A stretch of 64,000 bases of DNA from Candidatus Poseidoniales archaeon (GCA_038106355.1 JAYODQ010000001.1:40683-104682), one strand, 5' to 3'. Counted from the stretch's first letter, positions 10,730-21,548 are shown. The notes: generated by a model from the sequence alone, not told the origin. Numbers and translations are program-made.

Positions 10730-12112
10730 ATGGATATGTTCGCCGAAGCACTTGAGAGACTCCCACAAGAGCCCGAACCCGTTAACAAAAGCGAATATCG
10801 AGAACGGCAGAGTCGATTGTTCTCTCACTTTTTAACTGGTGATTTATTTATTCTACCAGCACCTGTGGAGGCTACACATTCAAACGATGTCCATTATAGG
10901 TATCGAACCTCGAGCGATTTCATTTATCTCACTGGATGGATTGAACCTGAAGCTGTATTCGTTGGGCGAAAGGACAAAAAATCAGGTGAATGGATTTCAT
11001 CTTTGTTTGTTCAACCAAAAAATACCCTCATGGAAATATGGGAAGGTCGTCGTCCAGGACTTGAAGGTGCAATGGCAAACTTCCCTATCGATGAAGCATA
11101 TTCTATTGAGGATTTAGACGAAAAATTGAACGAATTTCTGGTCGATACAAAGAGAGTATTTCTTCGAACAGGTGTCATCCATGCTATTGATGATCTTGTA
11201 ACTCATGCAATTCAAAAAAGGGATAGAAATCGACAGCATTTTGGTAGTGGCCCAATTGGCATAGAAGACCCATCAACGTACCTTTCAGAGCTTCGATTGA
11301 TCAAGAGTTCATCTGAAATTTCACAGATGAGGTATGCAGCTCAAGTCTCAAGTTTAGCCCATGAGTTGGCGATGCGTCTTCAGCAACCAAGATTGAATGA
11401 ACGTCATCTTCAGTCGATTATCGAAGGTTTTTTCACATATGCTCATTGTTCGGGTTGGTCATATCCATCAATTGTAGGATGTGGAGAAAACGCAACTATC
11501 TTGCATTACAGAGCAAATAATGCTCCATGTAAAGATGGAGATGTTGTCCTTATAGATGCGGGTTCAGAATACAGAGGATATGCGGCTGACATTACAAGGT
11601 CATGGCCCGTTTCTGGGACTTTTACTGAAGCACAGCGAAGTTTGTACCAAATTGTGTTGGATTCACAAAAAGCTGCAATTGACCAATGTGTTGTTGGAAA
11701 TTCATACACAGCCCCACACGAAGCTGCACGCAGAGTCCTTGCTCAAGGTCTTATTGATTTAGGCATCATCGAACAATCAATCGATGATGCACTTGATATG
11801 GAAACGGGCGAATTACGAAAGTGGTATATGCACAACACAAGTCACTGGATTGGTTTAGATGTTCATGATGTTGGAGTGTACAAACCGGATGGAACTCCTC
11901 GTTTGCTTGAGGCTGGCATGGTGTTGACCATCGAGCCTGGATTGTATTTTGGGGCTTGGAGGCCAGATGTTGACTGCCCCACATTGTACGCTGACATTGG
12001 CATTCGTATCGAAGATGATGTCCTCATTACCGAAAATGGACCCGATGTTCTTACTCGAGATTGTCCTAAAGAAATTGAAGAATTAGAGTCAATTATTGGT
12101 CAAGGAATCTAG
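10730..12112 (+). CDS. pepP: Xaa-Pro aminopeptidase (M24B, aminopeptidase P)
   Basis: HYRANNAPCKDGDVVLIDAGSEYRGYAADITRSWPVSG, HWIGLDVHDVG and IEPGLYF metal-ligand motifs, colinear with E. coli PepP. Confidence 0.85.
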   Translation: MDMFAEALERLPQEPEPVNKSEYRERQSRLFSHFLTGDLFILPAPVEATHSNDVHYRYRTSSDFIYLTGWIEPEAVFVGRKDKKSGEWISSLFVQPKNTLMEIWEGRRPGLEGAMANFPIDEAYSIEDLDEKLNEFLVDTKRVFLRTGVIHAIDDLVTHAIQKRDRNRQHFGSGPIGIEDPSTYLSELRLIKSSSEISQMRYAAQVSSLAHELAMRLQQPRLNERHLQSIIEGFFTYAHCSGWSYPSIVGCGENATILHYRANNAPCKDGDVVLIDAGSEYRGYAADITRSWPVSGTFTEAQRSLYQIVLDSQKAAIDQCVVGNSYTAPHEAARRVLAQGLIDLGIIEQSIDDALDMETGELRKWYMHNTSHWIGLDVHDVGVYKPDGTPRLLEAGMVLTIEPGLYFGAWRPDVDCPTLYADIGIRIEDDVLITENGPDVLTRDCPKEIEELESIIGQGI

Positions 12113-13304
12113 GCGTGATGGTATGCAGTGGCTTGACATTCTTGCGCGGCAAGCAACATGGACACGTGACAACAAATCTGACCTCCGAATGTCATCCGCC
12201 GAGGCCGTGGACCTCTACTTGAACGCTCCACTCCACTCTCTCATGCAAGCAGCACATCATCGGCGAATGACGATGCATCCCTCTGGCATTGTCACATATT
12301 TAGTCGATCGAAACATCAATTACACGAATGTATGTACCATCAACTGCCAATTTTGTTCATTTTATCGACCACCCAACCATGTCGAAACCTATACCCAAAG
12401 TTATGACCAAATTTCTCAAAGAATTACTGAGCTAGAATCAATAGGCGGGACACGAATTTTAATGCAGGGAGGAGTCAATCCAGAGTTACCATTCGAATGG
12501 TACACCGATTTGATTCAATTGCTAAGAACACGCCATTCTTCGATAGATCTGGATTGCTTTAGTCCCATTGAAATTGAAGGAATCGCTGAGGTATCTGGGA
12601 AATCGACATTGGAGGTGTTGAGCTTGCTCAAAGCAGCAGGGATGCACGGTCTTCCCGGTGGAGGTGCAGAGATGCTCGTTGAGAATGTGAGGAAAGACGT
12701 ATCGCCAAAAAAGGGTTCACCTGAGAATTGGTTACGAGTTATGCAAGAAGCCCAATCCATTGGTTTGACAACCAGTGCTACAAATGTGTTTGGCTTTGGA
12801 GAAAGTCTCGCTGACCGAGTTGAGCACATGAGAAGGATTAGGGAATTACAAGATGACTCGTTAACTCACTACGGTAAAGCATTCACATCGTTTATTGCAT
12901 GGCCAGTGCAATTAGAAGTTAATACATTCGGAAAAAGGAATCGTGGTAGAAATCGATTTGAGTTGGGAGCAGGGTCCACTGAATATCTGCGTCATGTCGC
13001 CGTATCAAGATTATTCTTGGATAATGTCGAACATATTCAGGCTTCGTGGCCAACCATGGGAATGAAGATAGCACAAATGGCCATGATTGCTGGTGCTGAT
13101 GATGCAGGTTCAACGATGATGGAGGAAAATGTTGTATCTGCTTCGGGAACCAAAAAAGTACAGGCAACTGAGGTGGAATTACAAACCTCGATCGTTCGTT
13201 CTGGATTGATACCGATGAAGAGAGATAGCGATTACAACCATCTCGAAACGATTATTTTTTCAAAACCAAGGGAAAAATTAGCATCTCCACCACCCTCACT
13301 CTAA
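12096..13304 (+). CDS. Radical SAM enzyme of the MqnE/MqnC/CofH superfamily (futalosine-pathway-like)
   Basis: INYTNVCTINCQFCSFYR CxxxCxxC cluster preceded by VTYLVDRNINYTN, as in aminofutalosine synthase and its relatives. A 17-nt overlap with pepP suggests the true start is the Met at about 12123. Confidence 0.55.
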   Translation: MVKESRRDGMQWLDILARQATWTRDNKSDLRMSSAEAVDLYLNAPLHSLMQAAHHRRMTMHPSGIVTYLVDRNINYTNVCTINCQFCSFYRPPNHVETYTQSYDQISQRITELESIGGTRILMQGGVNPELPFEWYTDLIQLLRTRHSSIDLDCFSPIEIEGIAEVSGKSTLEVLSLLKAAGMHGLPGGGAEMLVENVRKDVSPKKGSPENWLRVMQEAQSIGLTTSATNVFGFGESLADRVEHMRRIRELQDDSLTHYGKAFTSFIAWPVQLEVNTFGKRNRGRNRFELGAGSTEYLRHVAVSRLFLDNVEHIQASWPTMGMKIAQMAMIAGADDAGSTMMEENVVSASGTKKVQATEVELQTSIVRSGLIPMKRDSDYNHLETIIFSKPREKLASPPPSL

Positions 13305-16300
13305 GATGTTGAGGTGTAGAAAACAACATAGATGACGGCTCGAATCTGCCGTTGACCATTTCCAATGCCATCCGAGGGGACATACTCTTGCCCATTATAC
13401 AAACCACGATAATCAAGTTTGTATTCATAGCCTGTATTTCCTGCCTGCGATAAATCGAGCCAGTCCGAAATATCATATCTCCATTGTTTCACATCTTGGC
13501 CAGCACACCAGCCTGCTCGGCCAAATGGCCAAGAACCAAATTGGTTTGCTACAACGCCATTGTTCACTTCATTTTCGCAACCTTCGCTGGAATACACGAT
13601 AGGGTGCCATTCGTATGCAGTATGTTGTGTTCCATTATGCGTTAAGAAATAATGGTGTTCATGGTCGCAAAACTCAGCGCAATTCGCATTGTCTTTTCCA
13701 AATCCATGACCTGTGACAGTAGCAACAATCTCGACCTTCGTTGTCGAGGGTGGTATTGAAAAATTCAAACTTCGGACATATCTGGATTCATTGTTGTATG
13801 TTCCATCGAACTGCCCACCTGAAAATGCATATGTGGCGTCATGCGCGCGTTCTGATGAACCCCAATTACTAAAGAGGAATTTCACCGTCAAATCTCCCTT
13901 GTTTGCTCCTCCATATTTGAATCGCCTATCTTGTCCATCCTCGAGCATGAACAAATATGGGGAAATATCGGTGAGCCATTGACCTTCTCGACCGTATGTG
14001 GTGATCCATCGAACCATTTCTGTTGAGCAAGATGTTGAGTTGGATTCATCACAAATGTAGAGGTTCGCTAAATAATCCCATTCGTGACATCCGCCATACG
14101 AACCATCGCTTTTTTGGTAGCGATTTTTTCGTTCGAAGCAGGCGTGTTCGTGGTATACCTCAAGGGTGTCATATGTTGAGATGTCATTGTTGAGGTCAAT
14201 GGTTGCGTTTGAAAACGATGAAAATCCACTTGACCAACCACCTGAATGTGTTGAAAAATCAAAGATGGTCACAACTTCAACTGCTGGGTCGGTTTCTCTT
14301 AATTTGACTGGGAATTCTGTATTCCATTGATGTGGTTCATACGTCAAATGTTTGGGGTCATTCGATTGGGTTGTCCATGCGTATAGAGAACCTGTTTCTC
14401 TTGCCAATTGGAATCGGTCAATTCCGAAATAAAGTGGATTATTGAATGAAGATATGATGTTACCTAAGCCACCCTGAATGTTGCTTGCATCCATGTCGAT
14501 ATAATGAATTCGTGAATTCCAATGTGACTCTTCTTCTGTTGATAATGCACTTAAGACCGCTGATTTTCTTGTGACCACATCGTTATGGTATGATGAATCA
14601 AATGAGCCAAAGAATAATTGTGTGTTCAAGGGCAATCTTCGGATGAATGTGCCAGGGTTTTGTGCCCACGTGCCTGAATTTGAATTGCCTGAGCTATCTG
14701 TATATTTGAACATGAAAAAGTACACATCCTCTCCATTCCATTCGTTTTGAAAATGATATGTTCCATCAAGAGTTGGTACGCTAAACTGAGGAACAATTTG
14801 CATCGGTGCGTTTAATGTGGTAGAAGTCGTAAAGGCAATTGGCTCTTGAATCACGGCACATCCAATTTCATTCACCGACCATTTTGGTGGAGAATCGGGA
14901 CATTGGTCTACATTTGAAAAAACGCCATCACCATCGACATCTGCACATCCTACGGCATTCACTTGGTGTCCAAGAGGTGTACCTGGACACTGGTCTTCTG
15001 CATCGTTGACCCCATCGAAGTCGGTATCTCTTTCTACGGCGGCACAACCAAACTCATCAACCCCCGTAGATCCAATCGGTGTGTATGGGCAAAGATCCAA
15101 TTGGTCTCCTGTTCCATTCACATCCATCACGCCGTCGTTATCATCGTCCAAATCTTCTTGTTGGTCTTGACAGCCATCCATATCAAAATCAGTTTGACTT
15201 GATGCATTCCAACCGATGATACCCTTTGGACAATCATCTTCGTTGTCTTGATAGTCATCGTTGTCGTCATTATCATCCTCGTCGATGTCTTCACAACCAT
15301 CACTATCCCAATCGCTGTAAAAATTCGAAGCCCAACCAACGCGTCCTACTGGACAGAGGTCATTTGTGTCGAGAACTCCGTCTCCATCGTCATCATTGTC
15401 TTTATTCGCATCATGACATCCATCTGAATCATGGTCTGAGTCGGGGGTGCTGGTCCAGCCAATATCATCCGGACATTGGTCATACAAATCGATGACTCCA
15501 TCGTTATCATCGTCGGAATCTTCATCGAAGTCTCGACATCCGTCGCCATCAAAATCAGTTGATGGGGAAGAGAGCCAACCATCTCGTTCTCCAACTCCTT
15601 CAGGACAGCGATCTATGGTATCTTCTATTCCATCACCATCACCATCGTTTGAATCAAATTCTGGAATGACTTGAATTGAGTATTGACTGGACTTTTGATT
15701 ATGCTTGCCACAAGTTATCGATAAGACAACAACGACCGATTCTTGAATTTCAGTAAAATCAAACAAGGCTTTCCAATGTCCATTTTCGTCGAGCCCAATT
15801 GTGCCTTCATCACTTTGAAGTTTGTATGTCAAACTGCAACTTGGTACATCAGCATGAAGAGCAATTCCTTCAATCCAAACAATGTTTGGCTCCTCTAAGA
15901 AAATCGTTGCAGGATATTCAAGAACGGGGGCACTCTGTTGAGATTCTTGAACGGTAATTGTGTTGAAAAAATCGTAATCCTTCAAAAGCGAATCTGAGTT
16001 TTCGAATTCTCTCACACTAATTTTGATTTGATATTCACCTACCCTCTCAGGTATAAAGTGCAGGTCATAGATGTCCGCCGATAATGACCAGTTGAACTCA
16101 GTAATTTGAGAAACCGATGGACTAATTATCAATGGCTCAACATGCACCGATATCATCGGTTCAATTTGCAAGGTGAACGATATTCTAGCGTCATCTCCGA
16201 GAAAGACCTCATTTGTTAGTGTGATCCAAGTGATATCAACTGAACTTGGTTGAACTTCATTTTGTTCAATGGGCTTATCATTATCTTGCTCAACAGAAGA

Positions 16301-16411
16301 TGTGCAACCTGCAAGAAGCATCATTGACACGAAAAAAAGTGCAGAAAATGCTCTCCTTCCCATAGGCTCGCTACGTCGATGACTTTCATCAACTTGTTGT
16401 ATGATGTTCAT
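13301..16411 (-). CDS. Giant lipoprotein-like surface protein with canonical thrombospondin type 3 repeats (DxDxDGxxDxxDxCP) and a Cys/His-rich C-terminal globular domain
   Basis: Signal peptide ending LLAGC (lipobox-like). Seven or more repeats such as DFDGDGCRDFDEDSDDDNDGVIDLYDQCPD. The C-terminal ~550 aa carries CAEFCDHEHHYF and GWCAGQD motifs. The probable start is the Met at about 16363, which avoids overlap with the downstream gene. Confidence 0.6.
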   Translation of the reverse strand: MNIIQQVDESHRRSEPMGRRAFSALFFVSMMLLAGCTSSVEQDNDKPIEQNEVQPSSVDITWITLTNEVFLGDDARISFTLQIEPMISVHVEPLIISPSVSQITEFNWSLSADIYDLHFIPERVGEYQIKISVREFENSDSLLKDYDFFNTITVQESQQSAPVLEYPATIFLEEPNIVWIEGIALHADVPSCSLTYKLQSDEGTIGLDENGHWKALFDFTEIQESVVVVLSITCGKHNQKSSQYSIQVIPEFDSNDGDGDGIEDTIDRCPEGVGERDGWLSSPSTDFDGDGCRDFDEDSDDDNDGVIDLYDQCPDDIGWTSTPDSDHDSDGCHDANKDNDDDGDGVLDTNDLCPVGRVGWASNFYSDWDSDGCEDIDEDDNDDNDDYQDNEDDCPKGIIGWNASSQTDFDMDGCQDQQEDLDDDNDGVMDVNGTGDQLDLCPYTPIGSTGVDEFGCAAVERDTDFDGVNDAEDQCPGTPLGHQVNAVGCADVDGDGVFSNVDQCPDSPPKWSVNEIGCAVIQEPIAFTTSTTLNAPMQIVPQFSVPTLDGTYHFQNEWNGEDVYFFMFKYTDSSGNSNSGTWAQNPGTFIRRLPLNTQLFFGSFDSSYHNDVVTRKSAVLSALSTEEESHWNSRIHYIDMDASNIQGGLGNIISSFNNPLYFGIDRFQLARETGSLYAWTTQSNDPKHLTYEPHQWNTEFPVKLRETDPAVEVVTIFDFSTHSGGWSSGFSSFSNATIDLNNDISTYDTLEVYHEHACFERKNRYQKSDGSYGGCHEWDYLANLYICDESNSTSCSTEMVRWITTYGREGQWLTDISPYLFMLEDGQDRRFKYGGANKGDLTVKFLFSNWGSSERAHDATYAFSGGQFDGTYNNESRYVRSLNFSIPPSTTKVEIVATVTGHGFGKDNANCAEFCDHEHHYFLTHNGTQHTAYEWHPIVYSSEGCENEVNNGVVANQFGSWPFGRAGWCAGQDVKQWRYDISDWLDLSQAGNTGYEYKLDYRGLYNGQEYVPSDGIGNGQRQIRAVIYVVFYTSTS

Positions 16412-17546
16412 CGTTCAATTCAATCCTTCCGTCGTGAATTGAGATTTGGTCGATCTTAATTTTTTCAAGGGGATAATGAACTTTTAACGGTTGAACATAG
16501 TACAGAGGAGCTAACTGATTGCGATGAATTGTGATGATGCACTCCCAATGAATTCGAATGAGCTCAGTACAGGTTGTCCCTGGCCAAATTGTTGAAGGTG
16601 GAGCTAATTTCAAAATTTGCCCTTCCTTCCACACTGAACTTTGTCCCTTTTCACAAATTCTCATCGGTCGAAGAAAGAGCCCACCGCTGACGAGTCGAGA
16701 ATCCATTGGTGCATCTTCTCCTCCAGCTGTTCCGTCATCGAGACTCGCTTCCCAATGATGTGGTAATTCAGTTGAAAGACCGGGTGGGGGTTGCATTTTC
16801 TCCGTTCTTTGGTGTGCCGTGAGCAATGCATTTCTCGAAGGAGGCAAAATTCCGACTTGCCAAGACACTTCCACCTCCCTCCATTGGTCTGACCAATATG
16901 GAAATTGAATTGAGATTTCAAGATTTGAATCTGAAGAGGTTTCTGAATGGAAAACAATGTGTGGGTTTTCAATCTCTGCTTTCAGGAAACCCTGTTGTGA
17001 CCGAAGGTCAGAAAAATTACCATACACCCTCATCAATATTGGTGCAAAAAGGAGAGGGACCACAAGAATAGCTAAAAGAGGGTAATCGAGTAATCCAAAT
17101 CGAATGGTTTGGGTGCCGAAACCGGGTAGACCAAATCCTGCAAGAACAGGTTCAATAAAGAGGTACATGAGACAAATCAAGAGCACAATGACAGAGAATT
17201 TAATCAATCGCCGAACAAGTGAGTGAATGGGGTGAGGGTGAAGATACCATCCTCTTCTTTGACGTTTGACAATGGTTGGAAATTTATTAGTATCTATAAA
17301 TTTTGAATCCCATTCAAGTTCAATTGGCTCTCCATTGAAGGAGTATTCTTTCTTCACAAACCAAGAATGTTTATTCCCGATCGAGAAAGACGGGTGCACT
17401 GTCTCAAGTTTCTTTTTTGCCTCATCGAGGGACTGGAAATGACCTAAATGTTCTGTTTGGACCGCCATTGGTATGAATTCTGGATTCCATCGAGATGAAT
17501 CAAAAGGTGGAAATCTGATTTTGGATATCGATTCCAAATCACCCAA
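16389..17546 (-). CDS. Hypothetical membrane protein
   Basis: 385 aa ORF with two or three central hydrophobic helices (FSVIVLLICLMYLFI, LLAILVVPLLFAPIL). No recognisable catalytic motif. Confidence 0.4.
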   Translation of the reverse strand: MGDLESISKIRFPPFDSSRWNPEFIPMAVQTEHLGHFQSLDEAKKKLETVHPSFSIGNKHSWFVKKEYSFNGEPIELEWDSKFIDTNKFPTIVKRQRRGWYLHPHPIHSLVRRLIKFSVIVLLICLMYLFIEPVLAGFGLPGFGTQTIRFGLLDYPLLAILVVPLLFAPILMRVYGNFSDLRSQQGFLKAEIENPHIVFHSETSSDSNLEISIQFPYWSDQWREVEVSWQVGILPPSRNALLTAHQRTEKMQPPPGLSTELPHHWEASLDDGTAGGEDAPMDSRLVSGGLFLRPMRICEKGQSSVWKEGQILKLAPPSTIWPGTTCTELIRIHWECIITIHRNQLAPLYYVQPLKVHYPLEKIKIDQISIHDGRIELNDEHHTTS

Positions 17547-17550
17547 GTTA

Positions 17551-18819
17551 TCACGAACCTAAGACTAATTTAACGCCAGTTTTCAACGCTAATGGTCGAA
17601 ACGCTGGAACATTTTTCAACAAAGCCATTCCTAGCGGAACCGGTTTTTCGATGTCGCCAACTTTGTTAATGAGTTCAATTGTTTTGGGGTCAGAAAATGC
17701 GTTGAAGTGCTTATTCAGCGTTGCATCATCGCATTCGGAAACTAAGATATTGCGCAGTTTACGTGCTCTATCCTGCTCTTTTTTCATTCTAGACCATGGC
17801 TTGGAAACTAGTTTCTTCAATTGCTCATGTCCGAGTTTATTGTCTTGAATAAGCATCGAGAGGGGTTCGATAATCAGTGAGATTTGTTCAAATCCTGGAC
17901 CAATCCCCCCACCGGTCGTCGGTTTGGCCATTCCAGCAGCATCACCTAACAGCATAACTCGATTTTTGACGGGAAATTGAACCATGCCAGCAGGAATTGG
18001 TCCACAATAACGTGAGATTTCTCTGACATCTTTGAATTTTTCAGACCATAGGGGATGATTGAGCAATGAATTATAATAAGATTCAATCGATCTACCATTA
18101 AGCATATGTTTTGCAGTCGACCAAACTCCAATTCGATGTGTTCCAAAGCCAGTAGGAATTACCCATGCAAAGAAACCAGGAGCGATTTCACTACCGCTAT
18201 ACATTTCTAACCATCTGTCTTTTGATTGGTAACCTGTAACTTCGCTTTGAAATCCAATCATGGTTTCCTTCGGATATCCCATTTTGAATTTTCGCCTCGT
18301 CCAACTATGTGCTCCATCTGCTCCAATCAATAGTTTACAACGAATTGTTTTGATTTCACCTTGTTGTTCCAGATGTAATCGTACACCATCTTCCATGACT
18401 TCTGCATCCACAGATTTGGTATTCATTGATATTGTTGCACCAAGTTCAATGGCTTGTTGAACGACCAGCATATCGAATTTTTTCCTACACACAGAATATG
18501 TTCGAATTTTTCCTTCAGTTCCTACCGGAACAACAATTCCGTTCGGCCCATGGATGAGGGCACCATCGATTTCTTGCAGAACCGAAGAATAATCACCTAT
18601 TCGTTCAATTGCACTCGGATTGACTAAACCGGCACATTGGAATGGCCGACCGATTTCGCCATGCTCTTCGATGAGATGAACAGAGATGTTGTGCTCTCGT
18701 AGCAATCGAGCGGCATAGCCTCCAACGGGGCCAGCACCAACGATGACAACATCGACTTCGTCCATAGTCGCTCGACACCTTTGCGACCCTTCAACATTGT
18801 TCGTCATAGTTTGATTCAC
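17551..18819 (-). CDS. Geranylgeranyl reductase family FAD-dependent oxidoreductase (archaeal lipid saturation)
   Basis: Rossmann GxGxxG in VDVVIVGAGPVGGYAARLL. Conserved PFQCAGLV region and the length are typical of digeranylgeranylglycerophospholipid reductase. Confidence 0.7.
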   Translation of the reverse strand: MNQTMTNNVEGSQRCRATMDEVDVVIVGAGPVGGYAARLLREHNISVHLIEEHGEIGRPFQCAGLVNPSAIERIGDYSSVLQEIDGALIHGPNGIVVPVGTEGKIRTYSVCRKKFDMLVVQQAIELGATISMNTKSVDAEVMEDGVRLHLEQQGEIKTIRCKLLIGADGAHSWTRRKFKMGYPKETMIGFQSEVTGYQSKDRWLEMYSGSEIAPGFFAWVIPTGFGTHRIGVWSTAKHMLNGRSIESYYNSLLNHPLWSEKFKDVREISRYCGPIPAGMVQFPVKNRVMLLGDAAGMAKPTTGGGIGPGFEQISLIIEPLSMLIQDNKLGHEQLKKLVSKPWSRMKKEQDRARKLRNILVSECDDATLNKHFNAFSDPKTIELINKVGDIEKPVPLGMALLKNVPAFRPLALKTGVKLVLGS

Positions 18820-21548
18820 GGACGCTTTGAGAATTTATACCCAATCGATTCATTCTTTTTCATGTAAATGATGGATGCAAAAGGTTTACCAGCTTTTGAA
18901 ATGAAATTATCAAAAGGCCCAACTTCCTTCGATTCGATGAGTATCTTTGCCTCTTCACGTGTCAACTCTCTTCCAGAAAGTTGTCTAGCGATTTGAATTT
19001 TACATTGACCAGAATCATCAGAGATTTGGAAATGCGTCTCGGTTTCAATAATTTCAGACTTGTGTACAGGACATATTGCAACCACTCCGGGTACCACATT
19101 GTATTTTGGAAGCCCTTCGTTTTTGGTTCGTAGTGGAAACTCGTATCTTACACTATTTCCTTTAATGATAAGATACGCACTGAATTGAGTGTTTTTCTTA
19201 GAAATGAAATCCTCAAATAATTCGGATTTGCCGGTTTCAAAAAGAATTTTCGCCTCTTCTGTCGAAATTTCTCGATGGCACATGATTTTTTGCATACCCT
19301 TGAATTTGCAATCTTTGTTATCGCATTGGTATGATGTACTTGTTTTACGAATTGTACCATTGGAACAAATTCTGCACGATGAAATTTCAACGTCTTCATC
19401 ACTTGCAATTTCACTCGTCGTGTTGAGTGCGGAAATGCGACCATTGTCTTCCATTTTTATATTCATTTCATATTGTTCCCCAGAGAAATTAAAGAAACCA
19501 TGCAAATTTGAAATCTGTCGTTCTTCGATTAGTCGCTTGACCGTCGTTCTATCGTACCATCGCCCACTTGATTCCTTCCAAACAACAAATTCGCAACCTT
19601 TGCCCTTGCCGGTGTTTGCTTCGCATTGATACGATAACGTAGTTTCAACAATCGCCTTACCACAGAGCAAGCATGAGCCTACCGAGGCCTCAGTCTGGTA
19701 GAGCGATGACCTTTCGTGAGTACGAATTTTTGAAACCAATTCTTCGGTTTGCTGGACAATCCTTTCCATGTACTCAGATTTTGGTAACAGACCACGCTGG
19801 ACTGAAAGAAGTGAAGCCTCCATTTCTCCAGTTAATTCTGCGGACGTGATCCATTCGATTGGTATTCGGCGTAAAATGTCAACAAGCTGTATCCCGTGAC
19901 CAGTCGCTGAAATGGTACTTGATTTTGAACGACGAATGTATGCTTTTTCAATTAACTTTTCAATGGTTTCAGCACGAGTTGCAGGAGTTCCAAGCCCTTT
20001 GTCCTTCATCGCTTCAACAAATTCATCATCGTCCAATACATTACCAGCATTTTCCATGAGTTTGAGGATACCCGCTTCCTTGAGACGTGGTTTAGGCTTC
20101 GTGGTTTCTTCTGAAAATTCATGACTTGACAACGTTGCTTGCTCCGGACACTGAGACAGTTGAAACCAATCATCAGGTACTGAGTTGTTTTTTGGAATGA
20201 CCTCTCTCCAACCAGGCGATTTGAGAATTTCTACTTCTTTTGAGAAGACTTCGTTTTGGATTGATGCGACACGTTTTACAACGGACCACTCGGATTCTGC
20301 ATACCAACTTGCAAGGAAATTTCGAACGATAAAATCATACAATTTCTGATGGTCCCCTGATAATTTTACTTTAGGAGATTCACCTGTTGGAATAATTGCG
20401 AAGTGGTCTGATACTTTTGAAGAATTGAAGTTCCTTTCTTGATTAAGCAATCCAATTGAACTTAGATTTTTGGCGAATTGAGCATAATCCTTTTGTTGGC
20501 CCAAATTTTTGATTGTTTCAGCTATCGTATCTTTCATATCTTCAGGTAAATATTGTGAATCGGTTCTTGGATAAGTGATCAATTTGAACGAATCATATAG
20601 GTCTTGCGCAACACTCAGTGTCCTCTTTGATGTCCATGACCATAGGGAGTTGGTTTTCTTCTGCAAGTTTGTTAAATCCAAATTCAGTGGAGGTCGTTCA
20701 TTCTTGGTACGAGTAATTTCATCTACGAGTACAGATGAATCATTTCTTAGAATCGATTCCAAGAATTGTTTTTCAGTAAGTTCATAAATTCGGTCTTCTT
20801 TTTGGTCTGGAGGAGTGGGGGTTGACCTCGACCATTTACCGGTCCAAAGGCCACCCTCATGTGCAAATGTGGCATGAAGTTGCCAATAGGGTTCAGGAAT
20901 ATGAGAAAGCACTTCGATCTCATGGTCTACAATCATGGCCAGTGTAGCTGTTTGAACTCTTCCAAGGGAGGTTGCGACCCTTTGTCCCTTTTTCCTAGGA
21001 AGATGTTTATTGGCAATTCGAGTACCATTCATGCCAATAATCCAGTCTGCTTCGCTTCTTGCGTATGCAGCATCAGATAACGATTGATATTCTGCACTCG
21101 TTTTTCTTGTATCAAATGCATGTGAAATTGCCTTAGGCGTCATTGATTGAAACCACATTCGTGTCGTCTCTGTTGAAAGATCGGCGAATTCTATGATTCG
21201 TCTAAATATCAATTCACCCTCTCTCGCTGCGTCACACGCATTGACAATTTCATTCACACCATCTTCTTTGATGAGTTTGAGAATAGCATCAAGTTGCTTT
21301 TTCGTCCGTTTTTCTGGTATGAACTGGAATTGTTGAGGAATATAGGGTAACTGGTCAACTGATTTTTGCCAATCCTTGAATTTGGGATCATAATCATCAA
21401 GCATTTTCAACCCGAGCAAATGTCCTGATGCCCATGTAATTTTGAGGTCTGGACTATCGTAATAGTGGTCTGTTTTTTTCGAAACACCTAGGACTGATGC
21501 TATGTCTTGTGCTACACTTTGTTTTTCCGCGATGATAACAATCGACAC
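18816..21548 (-). CDS. topA: DNA topoisomerase IA (Topo I/III-like) with C-terminal zinc-ribbon domains
   Basis: Toprim N-terminus MSIVIIAEKQSVAQDIASVLG, conserved TopoIA core, and several C-terminal Cys4 ribbons (CLLCGKAI, CRICSNG...C...C). 910 aa. Confidence 0.9.
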   Translation of the reverse strand: MSIVIIAEKQSVAQDIASVLGVSKKTDHYYDSPDLKITWASGHLLGLKMLDDYDPKFKDWQKSVDQLPYIPQQFQFIPEKRTKKQLDAILKLIKEDGVNEIVNACDAAREGELIFRRIIEFADLSTETTRMWFQSMTPKAISHAFDTRKTSAEYQSLSDAAYARSEADWIIGMNGTRIANKHLPRKKGQRVATSLGRVQTATLAMIVDHEIEVLSHIPEPYWQLHATFAHEGGLWTGKWSRSTPTPPDQKEDRIYELTEKQFLESILRNDSSVLVDEITRTKNERPPLNLDLTNLQKKTNSLWSWTSKRTLSVAQDLYDSFKLITYPRTDSQYLPEDMKDTIAETIKNLGQQKDYAQFAKNLSSIGLLNQERNFNSSKVSDHFAIIPTGESPKVKLSGDHQKLYDFIVRNFLASWYAESEWSVVKRVASIQNEVFSKEVEILKSPGWREVIPKNNSVPDDWFQLSQCPEQATLSSHEFSEETTKPKPRLKEAGILKLMENAGNVLDDDEFVEAMKDKGLGTPATRAETIEKLIEKAYIRRSKSSTISATGHGIQLVDILRRIPIEWITSAELTGEMEASLLSVQRGLLPKSEYMERIVQQTEELVSKIRTHERSSLYQTEASVGSCLLCGKAIVETTLSYQCEANTGKGKGCEFVVWKESSGRWYDRTTVKRLIEERQISNLHGFFNFSGEQYEMNIKMEDNGRISALNTTSEIASDEDVEISSCRICSNGTIRKTSTSYQCDNKDCKFKGMQKIMCHREISTEEAKILFETGKSELFEDFISKKNTQFSAYLIIKGNSVRYEFPLRTKNEGLPKYNVVPGVVAICPVHKSEIIETETHFQISDDSGQCKIQIARQLSGRELTREEAKILIESKEVGPFDNFISKAGKPFASIIYMKKNESIGYKFSKRP

